Shown: positions 29,344 to 32,000 of the stretch, piece by piece
How positions within the stretch are numbered: position 1 is the first letter of the stretch
How the letters are laid out: each line of letters opens with the position of its first letter
Origin: Candidatus Nitrosopumilus koreensis AR1
GTDB taxonomy: Archaea > Thermoproteota > Nitrososphaeria > Nitrososphaerales > Nitrosopumilaceae
DNA length: 32,000 nt
Reading direction: 5' to 3'
Assembly: GCF_000299365.1 (NCBI RefSeq)
Contig: NC_018655.1
Location: 1,410,001-1,442,000 of the forward strand
Made by a program: the position numbers and the translations under genes
Notes under the pieces: generated by a model
Databases searched by the model: none
Seen by the model: only the letters and a program-made list of their open reading frames with translations
Told to the model about the DNA's origin: nothing

Positions 29344-30306
29344 GAATCCACCATCCAATTAATGTTAAAACAGTAATAATTGGAACAATTACAATTCCAA
29401 AGAAAAGAATTGAAGTTAATTTCATTATAGATATTGCAGAACGTACATGTTCTTTTGTAAGAGTAATTTCACCATCACCTAATTTGTAATGATTTATTTT
29501 TTCAAATTTGGTTCCAAGTGCTCCGGCTAATGCAGCCATAGGATATCCTGCGTTTGGACTTTCAGTTTTTTTACCATCACGAATCATTGTCTTGTAAGAT
29601 TCTTTCCAATTATTTTGTAAAAGGGCAGACGAGATAATCATTACAAATCCAGTAAGTCTTGATGGAATGTAATTTAATACAGTATCACATGTAGCAGCAA
29701 ACCATCCTAAATTTTTGAAAATATCAGTTTTGTATCCTATCATAGAGTCAGCAGTATTGATTATTCTATACATAAATGCGCCAGGTAATCCAAAAATTGC
29801 ATAATAAAACAAAGGACCAGTTATTCCATCGACAGTATTTTCACTTACACTTTCAAGTACGCCTGAAATAATATGATTTTTGTCTAAATTAGAGGTATTT
29901 CTCTTAACAATCATAGATAAATTGGCTCTGGCAGAATCCAAATTATCCATCTCAAGGGACTTTACAACTGCCATGGCATAACGTTCCATTCCTTTTATTG
30001 CAATAGTAGTCTTTAGCAATAAGATTCCAACTACAACTGAAACTACCAAGGTTATCCAATCAGTTGTAAGGAATGAAATTCCAAGATCCAAGATCAAAAG
30101 CAACGTAACAACAACCCCAATAGGAATGCTAACTACAAATATTCCACCAAGTTTTTCAATTTTTTATTTTCGTTTTGTCCAAGTGGAGTCAATTTAGCAA
30201 TTAGTCCACCAATCCAAGCAGTTGGATGATACTTATTCTTTGGATCACCAAATGCAAAATCAAGTATCAATGCAAACCCTACAACTATCAAAGACTCTAA
30301 AATCAT
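29336..30306 (-). pseudogene. cbiB: Adenosylcobinamide-phosphate synthase CbiB/CobD type, apparently frameshifted at an A6 run (30160-30165)
   Basis: N-terminal piece 30306-30133: MILESLIVVGFALILDFAFGDPKNKYHPTAWIGGLIAKLTPLGQNENKK. The continuation lies in another frame: IEKLGGIFVVSIPIGVVVTLLLILDLG..., running to 29336. Pseudogene status is uncertain; it could be a sequence error. Confidence 0.75.
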
Positions 30307-31142
30307 TTTATCATCATCTCAATTGTTTTAATATCTAAATTATTTTTTACAGTTTTTGCCAGTTTGTCTAGTTCTTTATCTATTTTTGAGATATTATTTT
30401 TAGTCCATGTAATTTGTTTTGCTTTGACATTAAGTGAATCTTCTTCAGGGAGATTCATTTTCATCATGGGAATAGTCCCAATAATAGGGATCTTTGTAAG
30501 TTGTTTTATTTTTCTAAATCCTGGTTTTAGGACATTAATGTCTCCTCTAAATTTATTTAATACAAATCCTTTTACCAATTTTTTATATTTTTTTTCAATT
30601 AAGGCCATAGTACCAATCAAACTTGCAAATGAACCGCCTTTGTCAATATCTGAAACCAAAAATACAGATGCATTTGCTTTTTGAGCAATTTGCATATTTG
30701 CAATATCATATTTTTGTAAATTAATTTCAGCTGGAGAACCTGCACCTTCCAAGATTACCAGATCATAGTTTCTTTTGAGTTTTGATAATGAAGTAGTAGC
30801 TGCTTTGATTCCTTTTGATTTTACAAATTTTGTATAGTAATCTTTTGCATGCATTTTCTTGTAATATTTTCCATTAAGGTAAACTGCACTATAGTAATTT
30901 CCCAAAGGTTTGAGCATTATGGGGTTCAAGTCAGGTTCGATTGGGCACTTTGCAGCAATAGCTTGAATTGCCTGAGCACGAGAAATCTCAAAATCAGGAG
31001 TGGTATAACCAAAATTAGACATATTTTGGGATTTGAATGGAGCTACACGGTATCCTTTTTGTTCAAAAATTCTACACAATGCTGCAACTAACGTTGTTTT
31101 TCCAGCACCAGAAGATGTGCCCTGAATCATCAAAGACTTCAT
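30303..31142 (-). CDS. cobQ: Cobyric acid synthase-like protein, apparently missing the glutaminase domain
   Basis: MKSLMIQGTSSGAGKTTLVAALCRIFEQKGYRVAPFKSQNMSNF, ISRAQAIQAIAA, LNPIMLKP, VILEGAGSPAEINLQKYDIANM, VSDIDKGGSFASLIGTMAL, KGFVLNKFRGD. 279 aa only. Confidence 0.85.
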   Translation of the reverse strand: MKSLMIQGTSSGAGKTTLVAALCRIFEQKGYRVAPFKSQNMSNFGYTTPDFEISRAQAIQAIAAKCPIEPDLNPIMLKPLGNYYSAVYLNGKYYKKMHAKDYYTKFVKSKGIKAATTSLSKLKRNYDLVILEGAGSPAEINLQKYDIANMQIAQKANASVFLVSDIDKGGSFASLIGTMALIEKKYKKLVKGFVLNKFRGDINVLKPGFRKIKQLTKIPIIGTIPMMKMNLPEEDSLNVKAKQITWTKNNISKIDKELDKLAKTVKNNLDIKTIEMMIK

Positions 31143-32000
31143 GCTATTGCCTCCATAGCAGATACAAGTTTTAGATTATCTTTATGAGATTTTACTGCAA
31201 TTCGAATATAGTGATTGTTTAATCCACGGAAATTTTTACAATCACGAATCAATATTTTATGTTTTAATAATTTTTTTTGAATTTTTGTTGAATCTTGTTT
31301 TGTTTTTATTAAAATAAAATTTGTTGAAGAGTCATGACATTCAAAGCCAGTAATTTTAGCAATTTTCTTTTTTAGAAAAGTTGATTCTTTTTTAATAAGT
31401 AACTTTGATTTTGTAAGGTGTGATTTATTTTTAATTGCAGTAATTCCTGCTTCTTGAGCTAATGCATTAACACTCCAAGGAATTTTTATTTTTTTTAAAA
31501 TTTCAATTATAGTTTTTGAACCAACACCATATCCAATTCTGATTCCCGCTAATCCAAATGATTTTGTTAATGATCTTAAAACAAAGAGATTATCATATTT
31601 TTTTACTAAATTTATTATAGATTGATCTGATTCAGGTACCAATTCAATAAAACACTCATCAACAAATACAAAACTGGATTTATTTTTTGCAGCTAAGATT
31701 ATTTTTGTTATTTGTTTTTTTGACAATATAGTTCCAGTTGGATTATTTGGATTACATACAAAAACACAGCCATTCATAGGAATTTTTGAAATGAATGAAT
31801 CTATATTTTCAGAAAGATTCATTGTTTTAAAAAAAGTAAATTTACAATCAACAAGTCTTGATGCAGATTCATATTCACTAAAAGTTGGAGTTGGAATTAA
31901 AACATGCTTTTGAGATAGAAATGAATTACAGAAGTTATAGAGTATTTCAATTGCGCCATTGCCAACAACTATGTGAGAATCTGATAATCCAATGTATTTT
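31139..32000 (-). CDS. cobD: Threonine-phosphate decarboxylase (CobD)-like PLP-dependent aminotransferase-fold protein, 5' end beyond window
   Basis: FVCNPNNPTGTILSKKQ, FVFVDECFIELVP, VLRSLTKSFGLAGIRIGYGVG. The frame remains open upstream to the window end (YIGLSDSHIVVGNGAIEILYNF...LIPTPTFSEYESASRLVD), so the track start at 31822 is internal. Confidence 0.78.
   Translation of the reverse strand, partial: KYIGLSDSHIVVGNGAIEILYNFCNSFLSQKHVLIPTPTFSEYESASRLVDCKFTFFKTMNLSENIDSFISKIPMNGCVFVCNPNNPTGTILSKKQITKIILAAKNKSSFVFVDECFIELVPESDQSIINLVKKYDNLFVLRSLTKSFGLAGIRIGYGVGSKTIIEILKKIKIPWSVNALAQEAGITAIKNKSHLTKSKLLIKKESTFLKKKIAKITGFECHDSSTNFILIKTKQDSTKIQKKLLKHKILIRDCKNFRGLNNHYIRIAVKSHKDNLKLVSAMEAIA

Noticed and set aside
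30364-31091. Two plus-strand ORFs antisense to cobQ, considered as a hidden gene in the anomalous region
   Set aside because: They mirror the conserved synthetase coding sequence and have no family features or supported start context.
1-32000. CRISPR arrays, transposases, integrases, toxin-antitoxin or defence genes
   Set aside because: Scanned for regular direct repeats and for recognisable proteins in the ORF track; none seen. Gene content is housekeeping and biosynthetic.

Overview
The window is a gene-dense, AT-rich archaeal chromosomal segment. Its gene content and protein character match a marine ammonia-oxidising thaumarchaeon (Nitrosopumilus-like), which is an inference from sequence recall only. 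Main blocks: (1) a near-complete histidine operon on the minus strand, hisG-hisD-hisC-HAD phosphatase-hisB-hisH-hisA-hisF-hisI; (2) class II HMG-CoA reductase and a PQQ-type sugar dehydrogenase; (3) an initiator tRNA-Met with a 15-nt intron in the D-loop, abutting tiaS; (4) dph2, TPR protein, zinc alcohol dehydrogenase-like protein, csl4, pheA; (5) guaB, folP/mptE-like pair, guaA, DUF genes; (6) ROK kinase, thermosome, adenine deaminase, rpl44e-rps27e; (7) a cobalamin late-pathway cluster on the minus strand, cobD-like, cobQ, cbiB, cobS, cobY, running off the right edge. The best second-look items are a CobQ ORF that appears to lack its whole glutaminase domain while keeping the C-terminal tail, a cbiB split by a one-base frameshift at an A6 run directly downstream, and the non-canonical D-loop intron with a bulge-helix-bulge fold. 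I found no mobile element, CRISPR array or defence system, and no clearly new multi-gene system.
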